Shown here piece by piece: positions 9,029 to 19,596 of a DNA stretch of 39,041 nucleotides; position 1 is the stretch's first letter; each line of letters starts with the position of its first letter. The translations under genes and the position numbers were made by a program. Origin of the DNA: Thermoproteota archaeon (GTDB taxonomy: Archaea > Korarchaeota > Korarchaeia > B14-G2); contig JAVCBW010000043.1 in NCBI GenBank assembly GCA_037917675.1, positions 1 to 39,041 of the forward strand, given 5' to 3'. Under the pieces are notes generated by a model. The model was not told the origin of the DNA, made no database searches, and was given only the letters and a program-made list of their open reading frames with translations.

Positions 9029-10464
9029 AAAGAGGGCTCAAAGGAGGGATCCTGTCCCCTCTGTCTCTAGCTGAGCTAGATAGCATACACCTCGCTACCC
9101 TAGAGGTTCTAGAGAGGGTTGGGGTCAAATGCGAGTCCAAGCTGGCGCTAGAGGAGTACAAGAAGGCTGGAGCAGAGGTTGAGGGAGACAGGGTTAAGAT
9201 CCCACAGCACCTAGTAGAGGAGGCGCTGAGGAAGGCTCCAAGGCAAGTACTGCTCTGCGGCAGGCGTAGGGAAAACGACATCCTGCTAGAGGACTCCAGA
9301 ACATACTTCGGGCTAGGTGGAACACCTACACCATACATCAGAGACCTAGAGACAGGAGAGATCAGGAGGCCAACTACTAGGGACATGGCTGAGGCAACCA
9401 AGCTAGGAGACGCCCTAGAGAACATAGACTTCATAATGAGCATAGCTGGAGCATTCGACGTCCCATATCAGCTTGAGTACGTGGTGGAGTTCAAGACGAT
9501 ATTCGAGAACACCTCTAAGCCTATAGTCTACTCTGCTCCAGGGAAGGCTAACGCTGAGCTAGTCTTAGAGATGGCTTCAGCCATAGTAGGAGGCTTAGAT
9601 GAGCTCAGGAGGAGGCCAATACTCTCACTCTACAGTGAGACAGCAAGCCCACTCACATTCACGAGGGAGAACGAGAACATGCTAGTCTTCGCTAAGGCCA
9701 AAGTACCGATAACACTTGGGCCGATGCCCATGGCTGGCGCAACTGGCCCAGTGACCATAGCTGGCTCAGCTGTAGTAGGGAACGCAGAGTGCCTTGCTTC
9801 ACTGGCCCTGATACAGGCTGTGAGCCCAGGTGCTCCTGTGGTCTACGCTGGGTGGGCTGGGCTCTTCGACCCCAAGACAGGTAGGCTAGCCTATGGGGCC
9901 CCAGAGTTCACCCTCGGGACAAACCTGCTGTGTGCTCAGATGGCAAGCTACTATGGGCTACCCTGCTTTGGCTTCGGAGGATGCTCAGACTCAAAGGCTC
10001 CTGATGCTCAAGCTGGAGCAGAGGTCATGATGAACATGCTGATAGCAGCCTTGAGTGGAGTAAACATGATACATGACTGCGGCTACCTAGCAGGAGGAAG
10101 CATAGGCAGCATGGAGATGGCTGTAATATGCAATGAAGCCATAGGCTATGTGAAGAGGATCCTGAGAGGAATCAGGGTAGATGACGAAGCCCTGGCAGTA
10201 GACGTGATAGCTGAAGTAGGCCCAGAAGGCCACTTCCTAAGCCACAAGCACACCCTAAGGAACCTAAGCGAGGTGTATATACCTGAGCTATTTGATAGGA
10301 GGCCTGAGAGAGTATGGGAGAAGAGTGGAGCAAAGTGGGTTCACGAGGTAGCAGCGGAGAAGGCTAAGAAGCTCCTAAGAGAGCATGAGCCTGAGCCTCT
10401 CCCTAGTGAAGTGAGGGAGAAGCTTGAGGAGGTGGTCAAGAAGGCAAGAGAGAAGATGCTTTAA
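9022..10464 (+). CDS. mttB: Non-pyrrolysine MttB-superfamily methyl:corrinoid methyltransferase
   Basis: IHLATLEVLE, MAGATGPVTIAG, YGAPE, YYGLPC..GGCSDSKAPDAQAG and VGPEGHFL. There is no in-frame TAG. Confidence 0.93.
   Translation: MLKRGLKGGILSPLSLAELDSIHLATLEVLERVGVKCESKLALEEYKKAGAEVEGDRVKIPQHLVEEALRKAPRQVLLCGRRRENDILLEDSRTYFGLGGTPTPYIRDLETGEIRRPTTRDMAEATKLGDALENIDFIMSIAGAFDVPYQLEYVVEFKTIFENTSKPIVYSAPGKANAELVLEMASAIVGGLDELRRRPILSLYSETASPLTFTRENENMLVFAKAKVPITLGPMPMAGATGPVTIAGSAVVGNAECLASLALIQAVSPGAPVVYAGWAGLFDPKTGRLAYGAPEFTLGTNLLCAQMASYYGLPCFGFGGCSDSKAPDAQAGAEVMMNMLIAALSGVNMIHDCGYLAGGSIGSMEMAVICNEAIGYVKRILRGIRVDDEALAVDVIAEVGPEGHFLSHKHTLRNLSEVYIPELFDRRPERVWEKSGAKWVHEVAAEKAKKLLREHEPEPLPSEVREKLEEVVKKAREKML
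9253..9375 (+). repeat. 123-bp exact direct repeat, copy 2 (inside intact mttB)
   Basis: Identical to 303..425. Confidence 0.95.
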
Positions 10465-12166
10465 GCTCAAGCTCTCTCCAGGAGAGCCTCTGCTAGAGGC
10501 CCTAGAGAAGGCTGGAGCCCACATCGAGGCCCTCTGCGGCGGCAGAGGAGTCTGCGGGAAGTGCAGGGTGAAGGTCGCCAGCGGAGCCAGCATGCTAGAG
10601 GGAGGTGAGCTCCCAGGTGGCTGGAGGCTAGCCTGCCAGGCAAAGGCTGTAGTTCAAGCTGAAGTCGATGTGGAGGTTCCAAGAGAGTCTCTCCTCAGAG
10701 AGCAGAGGCTCCTGTCAGAGGGTCTAGAGCCTGAGGTGGAGCTCTCTCCAGCGGTGGCTGTAGCTGAAGTCGAGGTAGACAAGCCTTCTCTAAGAGACCA
10801 GAGAGCTGACTCAACTAGGCTCATCTCAAAGCTGGAAGCCAAGCTGACGCTGCAAGCCTTGAGGAAGCTACCTTACGTAGCTAGGCTAGGCAGAGTCTAT
10901 GTAGTCAAGGCAGGCAGCCTGGTAGTAGACGTGTCAGCTGAGAAGCCTCGTGTACTGGGGCTAGCCTTCGACCTCGGGACAACTAAGCTAGCTGGGAGCA
11001 TAATAGACCTAGAGACAGGAGCCACACTAGCTTCAGGAGCAGCACTAAACCCTCAGGTCAGACTTGGAGAAGACGTGATAACTCGAGCAGCCTACGCGAT
11101 TCAGCATGGAGTAGAGGAGCTCAACAAGCTCCTGGTAAAGGGGCTGAACAAGCTGGCTAGAAGCCTAGCTGAGGCAGCAGCTGTGAGGCTGGAGGACATA
11201 CGTGAGATAGTAGCTGTCGGGAACACTGTGATGCACCATACTCTACTATCTCTCCCACTAGACTACCTCACTAGAGCCCCGTTCACACCTGTCCTAGGGG
11301 AGCCAGCTACCTTCAAGGCAAGCGAGCTCAACCTCAAGCCAAGTGAAGCTCTAGTCTACCTGCCTCCACCTGTAGCCGGCTTCGTAGGCTCAGATGCGCT
11401 AGCAGGCGTGCTAGCCCTCAAACTGGGCAACAGCTCGATGCTCATAGACCTAGGGACGAACACAGAGGTAGTGCTCTCACATCAAGGCAAGCTATATGTG
11501 TGCTCAGCTGCAGCAGGCCCAGCATTCGAGGGAGCAACCCTATCCCATGGGGTCAGAGCCTCACCAGGAGCCATAGAGAGAGTCTGGATAGACCCAGAGA
11601 CGTTCAAAGTGTACTACAGGACGGTAGCTGGAGAGCCTCCAACAGGCTTATGTGGCTCAGGCGCCATAGACCTCCTAGCTGAAGCCATCAAGGTCAAGGC
11701 AGTAGATGAGGCAGGCAGGATACTGAGCTCACCACTCACAGCTGAAGTCCAAGGTCAGAAGATGATAGTAGCCACCTGGGTAGACAGCAAGCCAATAGGC
11801 TTAACCCAAAGAGATATAAGAGAGCTACAGCTAGCTAAGGCTGCAGTACACACCGCTGCACAAACCCTAATAGAGGAGGCAGCCATAAAAGAGCTAAGCC
11901 AGCTCTTCCTAGCAGGCGCATTCGGAACATACCTGAGCACAGAGAGCGCAGCCAGAATAGGGATGCTACCAGCAGCCCCACTAAAAGAGGTGAGGTACGC
12001 TGGGAACACAGCCCTAGCTGGAGCAAAGGCGCTCCTAAAGAACAAAAGCCTGAGAGCCAAGGCAGAGCAGCTAGCTAAGAGCGCAGTGCACATAGAGCTA
12101 GCAGCACACCCAGGCTTCCAAGAGAAGTTCCTCAAAGCCCTCCTACTCAAACCACGACACAATTAG
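10424..12166 (+). CDS. ATP-dependent reductive corrinoid activator, RACo type (DUF4445, ASKHA)
   Basis: N-terminal 2Fe-2S motif CGGRGVCGKC..RLAC; DLGTT, GEDVITR, GFVGSD, DLGTNTE, GPAFEG, GLCGSG and LAGAFG. The start is uncertain (TTG overlapping the mttB end). Confidence 0.93.
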   Translation: MRRWSRRQERRCFKLKLSPGEPLLEALEKAGAHIEALCGGRGVCGKCRVKVASGASMLEGGELPGGWRLACQAKAVVQAEVDVEVPRESLLREQRLLSEGLEPEVELSPAVAVAEVEVDKPSLRDQRADSTRLISKLEAKLTLQALRKLPYVARLGRVYVVKAGSLVVDVSAEKPRVLGLAFDLGTTKLAGSIIDLETGATLASGAALNPQVRLGEDVITRAAYAIQHGVEELNKLLVKGLNKLARSLAEAAAVRLEDIREIVAVGNTVMHHTLLSLPLDYLTRAPFTPVLGEPATFKASELNLKPSEALVYLPPPVAGFVGSDALAGVLALKLGNSSMLIDLGTNTEVVLSHQGKLYVCSAAAGPAFEGATLSHGVRASPGAIERVWIDPETFKVYYRTVAGEPPTGLCGSGAIDLLAEAIKVKAVDEAGRILSSPLTAEVQGQKMIVATWVDSKPIGLTQRDIRELQLAKAAVHTAAQTLIEEAAIKELSQLFLAGAFGTYLSTESAARIGMLPAAPLKEVRYAGNTALAGAKALLKNKSLRAKAEQLAKSAVHIELAAHPGFQEKFLKALLLKPRHN

Positions 12167-12462
12167 CCCCGCATCTAAGTAGAGGATGGAGACAGGAAGA
12201 GCCTAGAGGAGAAAAAGAGAAAGCATGCAGACCAGAACCCCATAGAGAGGTAGAAACCTAGAGCCAAGCGGCTCCCAATACTACATGCCAGCTAGCATGA
12301 AGACAGCACAGAAGCCAGCTAGCCTCTCAGAGACAAGCTCATCTGACAGCACTCGCCTTAGAAGAGGCATGCTACCCTGACAGAGGCTGAAGAGGAGCAT
12401 GGCTTGGAGATCTAAGGTGCTTCTCGCAGGTTAGGCTGCTTTCAAGGATAGGGAGCAGACAG

Positions 12463-13902
12463 CTATTTAGGCTTCTGTGAGCAGCTTAAAGCTGCTTTTG
12501 GCAGCTCCTCCTGCTCCCCTAGGGGGCTTGCTGCCTTACTCCCTTTCTTGAGCCTTTCAGCCAGCTTGAGTGCTAGCTCAGCTAGCTCTATGGGGCTTCT
12601 GCCGAGTAGAACTATCATAGGCTCCTTCCCCCAGTCTCCTGTATGATATACCACGTCAGGCACCCTACTCACCTTCCTTATAGCCTCCTTCATCCCCCAT
12701 GGGACTGTAGCTCCCTCCTTCTCCTTGACTCCCCTGGGCTCGAGCCTCCTGTCATAGCTTGAGACCAAAAGCCCCATCTCCTCTAGCGCCTCTACTGCCT
12801 GAGGGCTATAGGCTATGTTCAGAGCTGCTCTCACCTCAGGGCTATACTCTCTAGCTGTGAGTATGTAGCTTGAGAGATGCCTGCTTGCTCCGAACTCTGG
12901 GCTTGCTCCAATAACCCTGTCTCCTGCCCTCCTAAGCCTCCCTGGTATAGCTGCAACATCCTCCATAGACTCAGCATAAGGGAGAGCATAGGCTATGTTA
13001 GCCCCAACCTCAGGGACTAGCGGCGTAAACTCCCTGGTAGAGAGGAGTGAAGCCGCCCTCCTAAGCTCCTCAAGCACACTATACATCTCAGACTGCTTGT
13101 AGAGGAGGGCAAGTGGATTGACAGGTTGGCTTCCACCACCAACCTTCACACCATGCTTTATAGCTGCTGTCACAACCTCCTTCGCTACCCTAACAGCCTC
13201 AGGAACCTCAGCTCCCCTAGCTAGCATAGCTGCTATAGCAGCTGAGAAGCAGCATCCTGTCCCATGTGTAGTTCTAGCCTCCACCCTAGGGGCTTCAAGC
13301 CTATAGGTGCTTCCCCTCCAGTACAATACATCGACTGCAGCCTCTCCCCTCAAGTGCCCTCCCTTAACGACCACAGCCTCAGGGCCAAGCTCAGATATCT
13401 CCTTAGCAGCCCTCTCAGCCTCCTCAACGCTCCTCACATCCCAGCCTACTATAGCACTCGCCTCAAGCAGATTCGGGGTCACAACCCTAGCTACTGGAAG
13501 CAGCTTCTCAACGAGAGCTTGAGCAGCATCCTCCCTGAGGAGCCTAGCTCCACTCTTAGCTATCATCACAGGGTCAACCACAAGAGGGATCTCAAGCCTA
13601 CTAGCCTCCCTAGCTACAGCCTCTATGATCCCACTACTATACAGCATCCCAGTCTTAGCAGCATCTACACCAATATCCTCAGCTACAGCCCTGATCTGCT
13701 CAACAACAGCCTCAGGGCTCAACGGGTATATCCCAGTGACAGCCCTAGTATTCTGAGCAGTGACAGCTGTCAAAGCCACAGCTCCATGGACACCTAGCGC
13801 AGCAAAAGCCTTAAGATCAGCTTGAATCCCAGCTCCACCACCAGAATCAGAGCCAGCTATAGTCAAGGCTACAGGAGCCCTCTCAACCCTAATGTAAACC
13901 AA
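12463..13902 (-). CDS. thiDN: Bifunctional HMP(P) kinase / thiamine-phosphate synthase ThiD-ThiN
   Basis: TIAGSDSGGGAGIQADLK and THGTGC, followed by ThiN motifs PEVGAN, PEFGASRH and GDWGKEP. Confidence 0.95.
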   Translation of the reverse strand: MVYIRVERAPVALTIAGSDSGGGAGIQADLKAFAALGVHGAVALTAVTAQNTRAVTGIYPLSPEAVVEQIRAVAEDIGVDAAKTGMLYSSGIIEAVAREASRLEIPLVVDPVMIAKSGARLLREDAAQALVEKLLPVARVVTPNLLEASAIVGWDVRSVEEAERAAKEISELGPEAVVVKGGHLRGEAAVDVLYWRGSTYRLEAPRVEARTTHGTGCCFSAAIAAMLARGAEVPEAVRVAKEVVTAAIKHGVKVGGGSQPVNPLALLYKQSEMYSVLEELRRAASLLSTREFTPLVPEVGANIAYALPYAESMEDVAAIPGRLRRAGDRVIGASPEFGASRHLSSYILTAREYSPEVRAALNIAYSPQAVEALEEMGLLVSSYDRRLEPRGVKEKEGATVPWGMKEAIRKVSRVPDVVYHTGDWGKEPMIVLLGRSPIELAELALKLAERLKKGSKAASPLGEQEELPKAALSCSQKPK

Positions 13903-14503
13903 TATACCACCAGCTAGCCAGCATACCCCAAGTTAATAAGAGTTCACATCCCCTCCCATAAACCAATAGTGCTCCATGAGATATAGGAGCATAAGATATG
14001 CCAGGCTTGGAAGCAAGCATAGCCAGCAGCCTACAGGTCTGCTTGCTGAGAGGCGTCACTTAGGAGAACACTGTAGTGAGGCTAGAAGAAGCAGACAACC
14101 AGTCTGCCACATCCCAGCTCCCCTCCAAGATGCTGCTCATGGAAGCCCATATGCAGCCATAGCATCCTACTCTAAACGAGCCTGCTCTCTCCAACATGCA
14201 GTATGCAGCAGGCTCCTAGCCAAGCTAGTAGACTTGTGTTAGAAGCAGCTTCAGAGGCACAAGGGAGCGCTAGCGTCCTCAGTGCTCCTACACCTAAAGC
14301 CCAACCTAGCCCTCTACTCCCCTGAGAGCCTTCTCCAACGCTAGAGGCACTGGAAACTGATCTAGAGATGGCAGGCTCATATCCGAAGCTTAGACCCAAG
14401 AAGCTCTTCTGCAAGCTAATAGAGGCAAGCAAGAGAAATGCAAGCAAGCCCCCAGCAAGATAGCTAGGGAAAATACTCTATAGGAGGCACTAGGGCTGTT
14501 AAG

Positions 14504-15233
14504 GTGCATACACATGCCTTCAACCAAGGCACATACAAGCGCCACCTCCCTACTGGGGATAGCGTCAACTTGGGTGTTAGAGGGCTAGATGAGGAGATAG
14601 GAGGCATTCCAAGAGGCTCCATGATAGCTGTCACAGGGTGGATTGGGACAGGCAAGACGACCCTAGAACCAAGTTTCTGGTTGAAGGAGTAAAGAGCAGG
14701 GGGCATGGCCTATATGTCTGTGCTACTGAGAGGATAGAGTCATATATCAGGAACATGGAGAGGCTAGGCTGGCCTATCAGCCAGCTAGCCAAAAGCAAGA
14801 AGCTGATCGCTGTTAAAGCTGGTGAGATACATGGAGGTAGGCCACAGAGCATGATAGAGAAGCTTCTATACATGATAGACACGGCAAATATCAGGAGGAT
14901 CATCTTAGACTCATATACAGCACTCATGTCATACTTTAAGGGAGCGTGGAGTGCTAGGCTCTTCACACAGCTCCTACTAGACTACTTAAGTGGAAAGAGC
15001 TGTACAGCGATGCTCGTAATGGAGGCAGATAACAACAGTGAGCCTAAGCTAGGCGACATAGGGTTCTTATGTGATGGAGTAATACACCTCAGGAAGACTT
15101 CTCAACTGAGCCTTCTAGAAGGGAGCTTAGGGTAATGAAGTTGAGAGGAGCGAGGATACCTCTCCAAAACTTCGAGTACGAGATAGGAGAAGGTGGGATA
15201 GTGATCTTAAGAGGATGCAGCATGCAGCTATGA
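14504..15233 (+). pseudogene. Frameshifted KaiC/RAD55-like ATPase
   Basis: GVRGLDEEIGGIPRGS..GWIGTGKTT / RIILDS..FLCDGVIHL / RRELRVMKLRG..YEIGEGGI are separated by two frameshifts, near 14665 and 15115. The start is uncertain. Confidence 0.88.
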
Positions 15234-15653
15234 ACTCCTCTAAAGCAGCTGCTGGAGGCAAGCTGTGTGCTACTATGCTGGCACCTCTAGCTTTAAGCTG
15301 GCAGCTAGCCTCTATAGCCATAGAGGCTATGGTGTGAGATCCATCCCGCTATAGGGCCATAGCCCTATAGCCCTCCCAGCTCTGGTGTAGGCTAGCTGCA
15401 GCGCCTCTGCTAGTGACTCTATGCTCCGCTTGAAGCTGGGAGATGTTGGCCATGCTGCTGAAGCTTGGAGCCTATACCCCTACCCTCCTAGCATGATGTC
15501 TTCGGTTCTGATCCCTCCACAGCTTAAAGCTCCAGCTATGATCTCTGCTTCAGCTGGCTCAGATGAGAACTCGAGTACAGCATCTACGTTGCCGCCAGCG
15601 AAGACCACCAGCCAGTAGTGCTCTGAGCCTCTTAGTAAAGCACCTTACCATGT

Positions 15654-15728
15654 CTACTCCTCTTCTACAGCTTCAGATGTAGGCTGTCTCTCGTAGAAGC
15701 TTGTGTGAAGGCTATTTGCTGCATGAAG
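15654..15728 (-). pseudogene. Possible PaREP1-family remnant
   Basis: LHAANSLHTSFYE resembles the PaREP1 A-x-x-LH-x-NFYE motif. The fragment is short. Confidence 0.4.
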
Positions 15729-15976
15729 CTCGATCAAGCTGCTTGAGGGGGAGCTCAGCAGCAAGCTTCTCTACACTCTCTTCTTTAACCCTATTTCAGC
15801 TAAAGCAATAGGTGCCTTCTTAGCGACACCACAGTGATAGATGAGACAAATACCACCATAGCAGGCTAAGCAGGGATTTGAGCATAGCTTCTGGGTAGCT
15901 TAGCTCATGCCCGATGGCCTGTAAGCAGGCTTCTAGCAGCTTCAGCACATGGGGGCCTTTTTCAGCTGGTTGGCTG

Positions 15977-16891
15977 CTAGGGGGCTGGGTCTAGGAGCAC
16001 CGGCTTCACTTTCTCCATCTCCTCATCTGTAAGCTTCCAGTCTAGCTGCCTTACATGTGTTGGGTGGAGCTTAAACTGTCTTCTATGCTCCTCTGGTGGG
16101 TCTCCTCTGACCTCTACTATAGGGTATAGGGTTTCTAGCTTTAGCTTCTCGTAGTAGCTTAGGTAGCCTACTTGCCTTGGGTTCACTCCCATCATCCAAG
16201 CTACTGTACTATCTACTTGAGCTCCTGATGTGCCTGCTACGCAGACGCCCCACTTGACTGGGGTGCCTGAGACAGGGCCCTCGCCTTCCATGGCCTCGTA
16301 GCCGTCTACTACAGCTAGCATGATGTTAGCTAGCCTAGAGAGCCTGAATATAGAGAGGTTTATTGCCTTATAGCCCTGGTGTATCTTCTGCTTCTCTCCT
16401 TTGAGCAGCATACCTACTGCTACATTCTTCAAGCTAAGTGTGACTAGCACTGTATCATGAGTCTTAGCTGGAGCCACTGAGATGATAGGGGTCTCAAGCA
16501 TCAGCTTAGAGGCCTTAGCCCTGAGCTCCCCTAGGCTGCTGTCGAATACTCTAACTTCAACACACTCTCCTGAGGGGTCTACTAGCTTAGCTCCATATCT
16601 CTCACAGACCTCATGGTACCTGTAGTTCCTGTAGCCTTCTTCAGCAGAGCCTATTGCAGGTATCTCACCTACAAGGATCTCGATGTCACCTATGCTCCTG
16701 AGGAACTTGAGGACAGCATCTAGCGTGTCTCTATGTGTAGCAGCAAGCTGTCTTCTTACAGTAACCATGTTAGGCTTAACCAGCACCCTGCCAGCTTCAA
16801 GTAGCTTCTCTTCTACTTCACTTCTGATCAGCTCGAGGCACCTAGCTACATTCCCCTTTCTACCACGTCCAGATGATATGGCTACAGTCAA
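15977..16891 (-). CDS. DUF362-domain protein
   Basis: VLVKPN, AKTH..VTLSLKN and VVDG..AMEGEGP..G.P motifs. Confidence 0.88.
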   Translation of the reverse strand: MTVAISSGRGRKGNVARCLELIRSEVEEKLLEAGRVLVKPNMVTVRRQLAATHRDTLDAVLKFLRSIGDIEILVGEIPAIGSAEEGYRNYRYHEVCERYGAKLVDPSGECVEVRVFDSSLGELRAKASKLMLETPIISVAPAKTHDTVLVTLSLKNVAVGMLLKGEKQKIHQGYKAINLSIFRLSRLANIMLAVVDGYEAMEGEGPVSGTPVKWGVCVAGTSGAQVDSTVAWMMGVNPRQVGYLSYYEKLKLETLYPIVEVRGDPPEEHRRQFKLHPTHVRQLDWKLTDEEMEKVKPVLLDPAP

Positions 16892-16960
16892 GGTATCATC
16901 TAGGCTCTAGCCTCAGAGGAGTGCTTGCTGATGCTAATAGGGGACCTGGCCTTATAGCGC

Positions 16961-18157
16961 TTATGCATGGCTGCCTTGGAGCCTGCTGCCTTCAACCCAT
17001 CTCCTCCTGAGCTCTCTGATCATCTTTGGCTGGTCTATTTTGAGTGGGCAGGCTTCCATGCATCTTCCACAGAGGAGGCAGGTATAGGAGTGTAGCATAG
17101 CTTCCTCTATGCTTCCTGTTATGGCAGTCCATACTACACCTATCCCACCGACATATGTTCTTCCACCCCAGTATCCTCCAACCACCTTGAATACTGGGCA
17201 CATGTACTGGCATGCTCCACACCTCAGGCAGTATAGGGCTTCCCTGAGCACTGGGTCTTCTGCAGCCTTATAGCGGCCGTTGTCAACTAGGATCACGTGT
17301 AGCTCTCTTGGGCCATGTGCCCCATAGACTACTGTCTTCTCTATGTCTCCTGTTTTGCTTGGTGATGCCACTATGTTCACATAGGATGTAGCCTTGTAGC
17401 CAGCATATCTCATGGTCACCTCTATGGCCATCCAGGCTTCAAGTGATGTCCTATATAGCTTCTCGACTCCAGCTACAGCTATATGCTTCTCAGGTAGGGT
17501 TGAAGCCAGCCTGGCGTTAGCTTCATTCTCTATGATGAAGAGCATACCTGAGTCAGCTGCTATAGCGTTAGCTCCAGTCACACCTACATCAGCCTTCAGG
17601 AACTTCTCTCTCAGGAATGCTCTAGCTGCCTTGGTTAGCTCAGGTATGCTGTCTCCGACCTCGATGCTAAGCTTCCTCCTGAAGAGCTCAGCTACCTCCT
17701 CTCTGGTGACGTGTATAGCTGGAGCAGTGAAGTGCATTGGCTTAGAGCCTAGGAGCTGGACTATGAGCTCTCCTAGGTCAGTCTCCCACACCTCGTTTCC
17801 AAGCTCCTCCAGGTGCTCCCTCAGCCCTATCTCCTCTGTAGTCATGCTTTTAGCCTTGACCACAAGCCTGCTGCTTCCAACGAGCTCACCAGCTATCCTC
17901 CTAGCTTCCTCAGCTGTCCTAGCGATGTAGGCTGCTCCACCATTATCTTCTATCGAGTCAGCTGCCTGCTTGGTGAGCTCTCTCAGCTTTAGTATAGACT
18001 CCTCTCTAGCTTCTCTCACCCTAGCTGCTAGCTCAGATGCCTGCTCAGCGATCCTCCTCTTCTCCATGTAGCTCCTTACTGACCTAGCTAGCCCAGTTCT
18101 AAGCACCCTGTCCTTGGAGGCCTTAGCTAGCAGAGAGCTCACTTCACTGAACTTCAA
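16961..18157 (-). CDS. lutB: LUD-domain / 2x4Fe-4S protein, LutB/LldF-like
   Basis: KAKSMTTEEI, ETDLGE, PMH..APAIH, ENEAN, PSKTGDIE..GAHGP, CLRCGAC..CP and CLLCGRC..CP. Confidence 0.92.
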   Translation of the reverse strand: MKFSEVSSLLAKASKDRVLRTGLARSVRSYMEKRRIAEQASELAARVREAREESILKLRELTKQAADSIEDNGGAAYIARTAEEARRIAGELVGSSRLVVKAKSMTTEEIGLREHLEELGNEVWETDLGELIVQLLGSKPMHFTAPAIHVTREEVAELFRRKLSIEVGDSIPELTKAARAFLREKFLKADVGVTGANAIAADSGMLFIIENEANARLASTLPEKHIAVAGVEKLYRTSLEAWMAIEVTMRYAGYKATSYVNIVASPSKTGDIEKTVVYGAHGPRELHVILVDNGRYKAAEDPVLREALYCLRCGACQYMCPVFKVVGGYWGGRTYVGGIGVVWTAITGSIEEAMLHSYTCLLCGRCMEACPLKIDQPKMIRELRRRWVEGSRLQGSHA

Positions 18158-19056
18158 GCTCCCACCTCAAGGAGCTCACCTAGCTCAGCTACCCTGAGCT
18201 TCTGCTCTGATAGTATGCTCCAGCATATCGGGCACTCGACAGCTACAGCTCCATCTGAGGCCAGCTCCATGGCTCTCTCAGCAGCAACTTCTCTGGAGAT
18301 CCTGGGGAGCATAGCCTCGATGGGGCCGCCGCAGCAGCCTGTCAGCTCCCTACTGCACTCAGGCTCCAAGACCTCATAGCCAAGAGACTCCAGAAGCCAC
18401 CTAGGCTCCTCTATGAGCTTAAGAAACCTCGCCATATAGCATGCGTCATGGAGCACCAAGCTTCCACTCGCCTTAGCGATGGGAGTATACTCCAGCTCAT
18501 AGAGGAGCTCAACGTAATGCTTCACATCCATGCTCCACTCTATGAACTTAGGGTAAAGCTCTCTGAGAGCATAAGCTGTATGTGGATCTAAGGCCACGAC
18601 GACACTAGCACCTGAGCTAGCCAGCATCCTGGCTGTAGCCTTAGCCTGCTCCTCAAACAGCCTATCTAAGCCGAGGTCATAGTAGAGTACTCCAGAGTAG
18701 CTGTCACCAGCATAAGCTAAGTCTAGCCCACATCTCAGCAGTGCTCTGACAGCTCTCTGGGCAGCAGCCTCCAGCCCCCTACCTCTAGCAGCTGCCTTAA
18801 TCAGGCTTGAGCCAAGCCTCCCAGCTTTAACAGCAGCTCCACCTAGCCTAAGAGACTCAGCTACACCAAGGAGCCTAGAGGAGAGCTTGATGTACTTAGC
18901 GAGGTCATGTAAGCCACCAGAGTACACGACGTACCTACCCCTCCTAGGGAGATCGAGCTCCTTAGCCCAGCCTCCTATCACATTCCTTAGCCCAAGTGGA
19001 TTACCACTCCTCCTAGCATTCTCCACTATGCTCCCAAGTAAGGCATCTAACTCCAT
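18154..19056 (-). CDS. CCG-domain Fe-S protein, LutA/HdrD-like
   Basis: GNPLG, DPH, HDACY, CCGG and ECPIC. The first CCG repeat is degenerate. It overlaps lutB by 4 nt. Confidence 0.85.
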   Translation of the reverse strand: MELDALLGSIVENARRSGNPLGLRNVIGGWAKELDLPRRGRYVVYSGGLHDLAKYIKLSSRLLGVAESLRLGGAAVKAGRLGSSLIKAAARGRGLEAAAQRAVRALLRCGLDLAYAGDSYSGVLYYDLGLDRLFEEQAKATARMLASSGASVVVALDPHTAYALRELYPKFIEWSMDVKHYVELLYELEYTPIAKASGSLVLHDACYMARFLKLIEEPRWLLESLGYEVLEPECSRELTGCCGGPIEAMLPRISREVAAERAMELASDGAVAVECPICWSILSEQKLRVAELGELLEVGA

Positions 19057-19193
19057 GTAGCCCTCCCCCCAGAGGAGGCAGGCTATTTAAGCTTCTAGCT
19101 GACCTCAAAGGCTCAGGCAGACACGGTAGCTCAGCTGCTATATGACAAGCTAGCCTCATAAGCTATGTGAAATTAAGGTACGCTACGCTTCTA

Positions 19194-19596
19194 TCAGCTG
19201 TCTGCCACGCTTCCTGCTAATACTCTGCTTAAGCCTCTAATCTGGTCGAAAGCCTTATCTGTGGAGACCACTATACCATCATGCTCTAGAGCTTCAGCTG
19301 CAACCCCTGTATCAAAGTAGTCTAGGCCATACGCTAGCTCCAGCTCAGCTAGCAGATAGAGTGTTGTAGGTGCTATCCTGCCACCTGGATGTAAGGGTAG
19401 TCTGCCTGGGGAAGCTAGCTTCTCCATCCTCTCCCGAGGGCTATACCTCCTCAAGGTCATATCGAACTCAAGCAGAGCAACAGGACAGCATATAGCCCTC
19501 CTCAGATAGCTTTCTCACGTACTTTAAGGCTCTACTGTGCCTTGAGTCTCTGCTGTCAGCTGCAGCAAACAGCACCATGATATCAAGGACAGGCAT
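19194..19596 (-). pseudogene. vapC: Frameshifted PIN-domain (VapC) toxin
   Basis: ATG 19596 follows GGTGAGGGAG. MPVLDIMVLFAAADSRDSRH / LLEFD..LDYFD..AA..VVSTDKAFD, with a frameshift near 19480. Confidence 0.82.

Noticed and set aside
13976-14460. Short ORFs between thiDN and the kaiC pseudogene; possible TPP riboswitch upstream of thiDN
   Set aside because: No protein motifs and no TPP aptamer consensus were recognised. It is probably decayed sequence.
15341-15620. Minus-strand frame of about 95 codons with one internal TAG, and a similar TAG-interrupted plus-strand frame near 22335-22550, suggesting amber/pyrrolysine readthrough
   Set aside because: TAG ends many conserved genes at their expected C-termini (glnA, alaXM, activator, HD). 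mttB has no amber, no pyl genes are present, and neither frame has a recognisable family.
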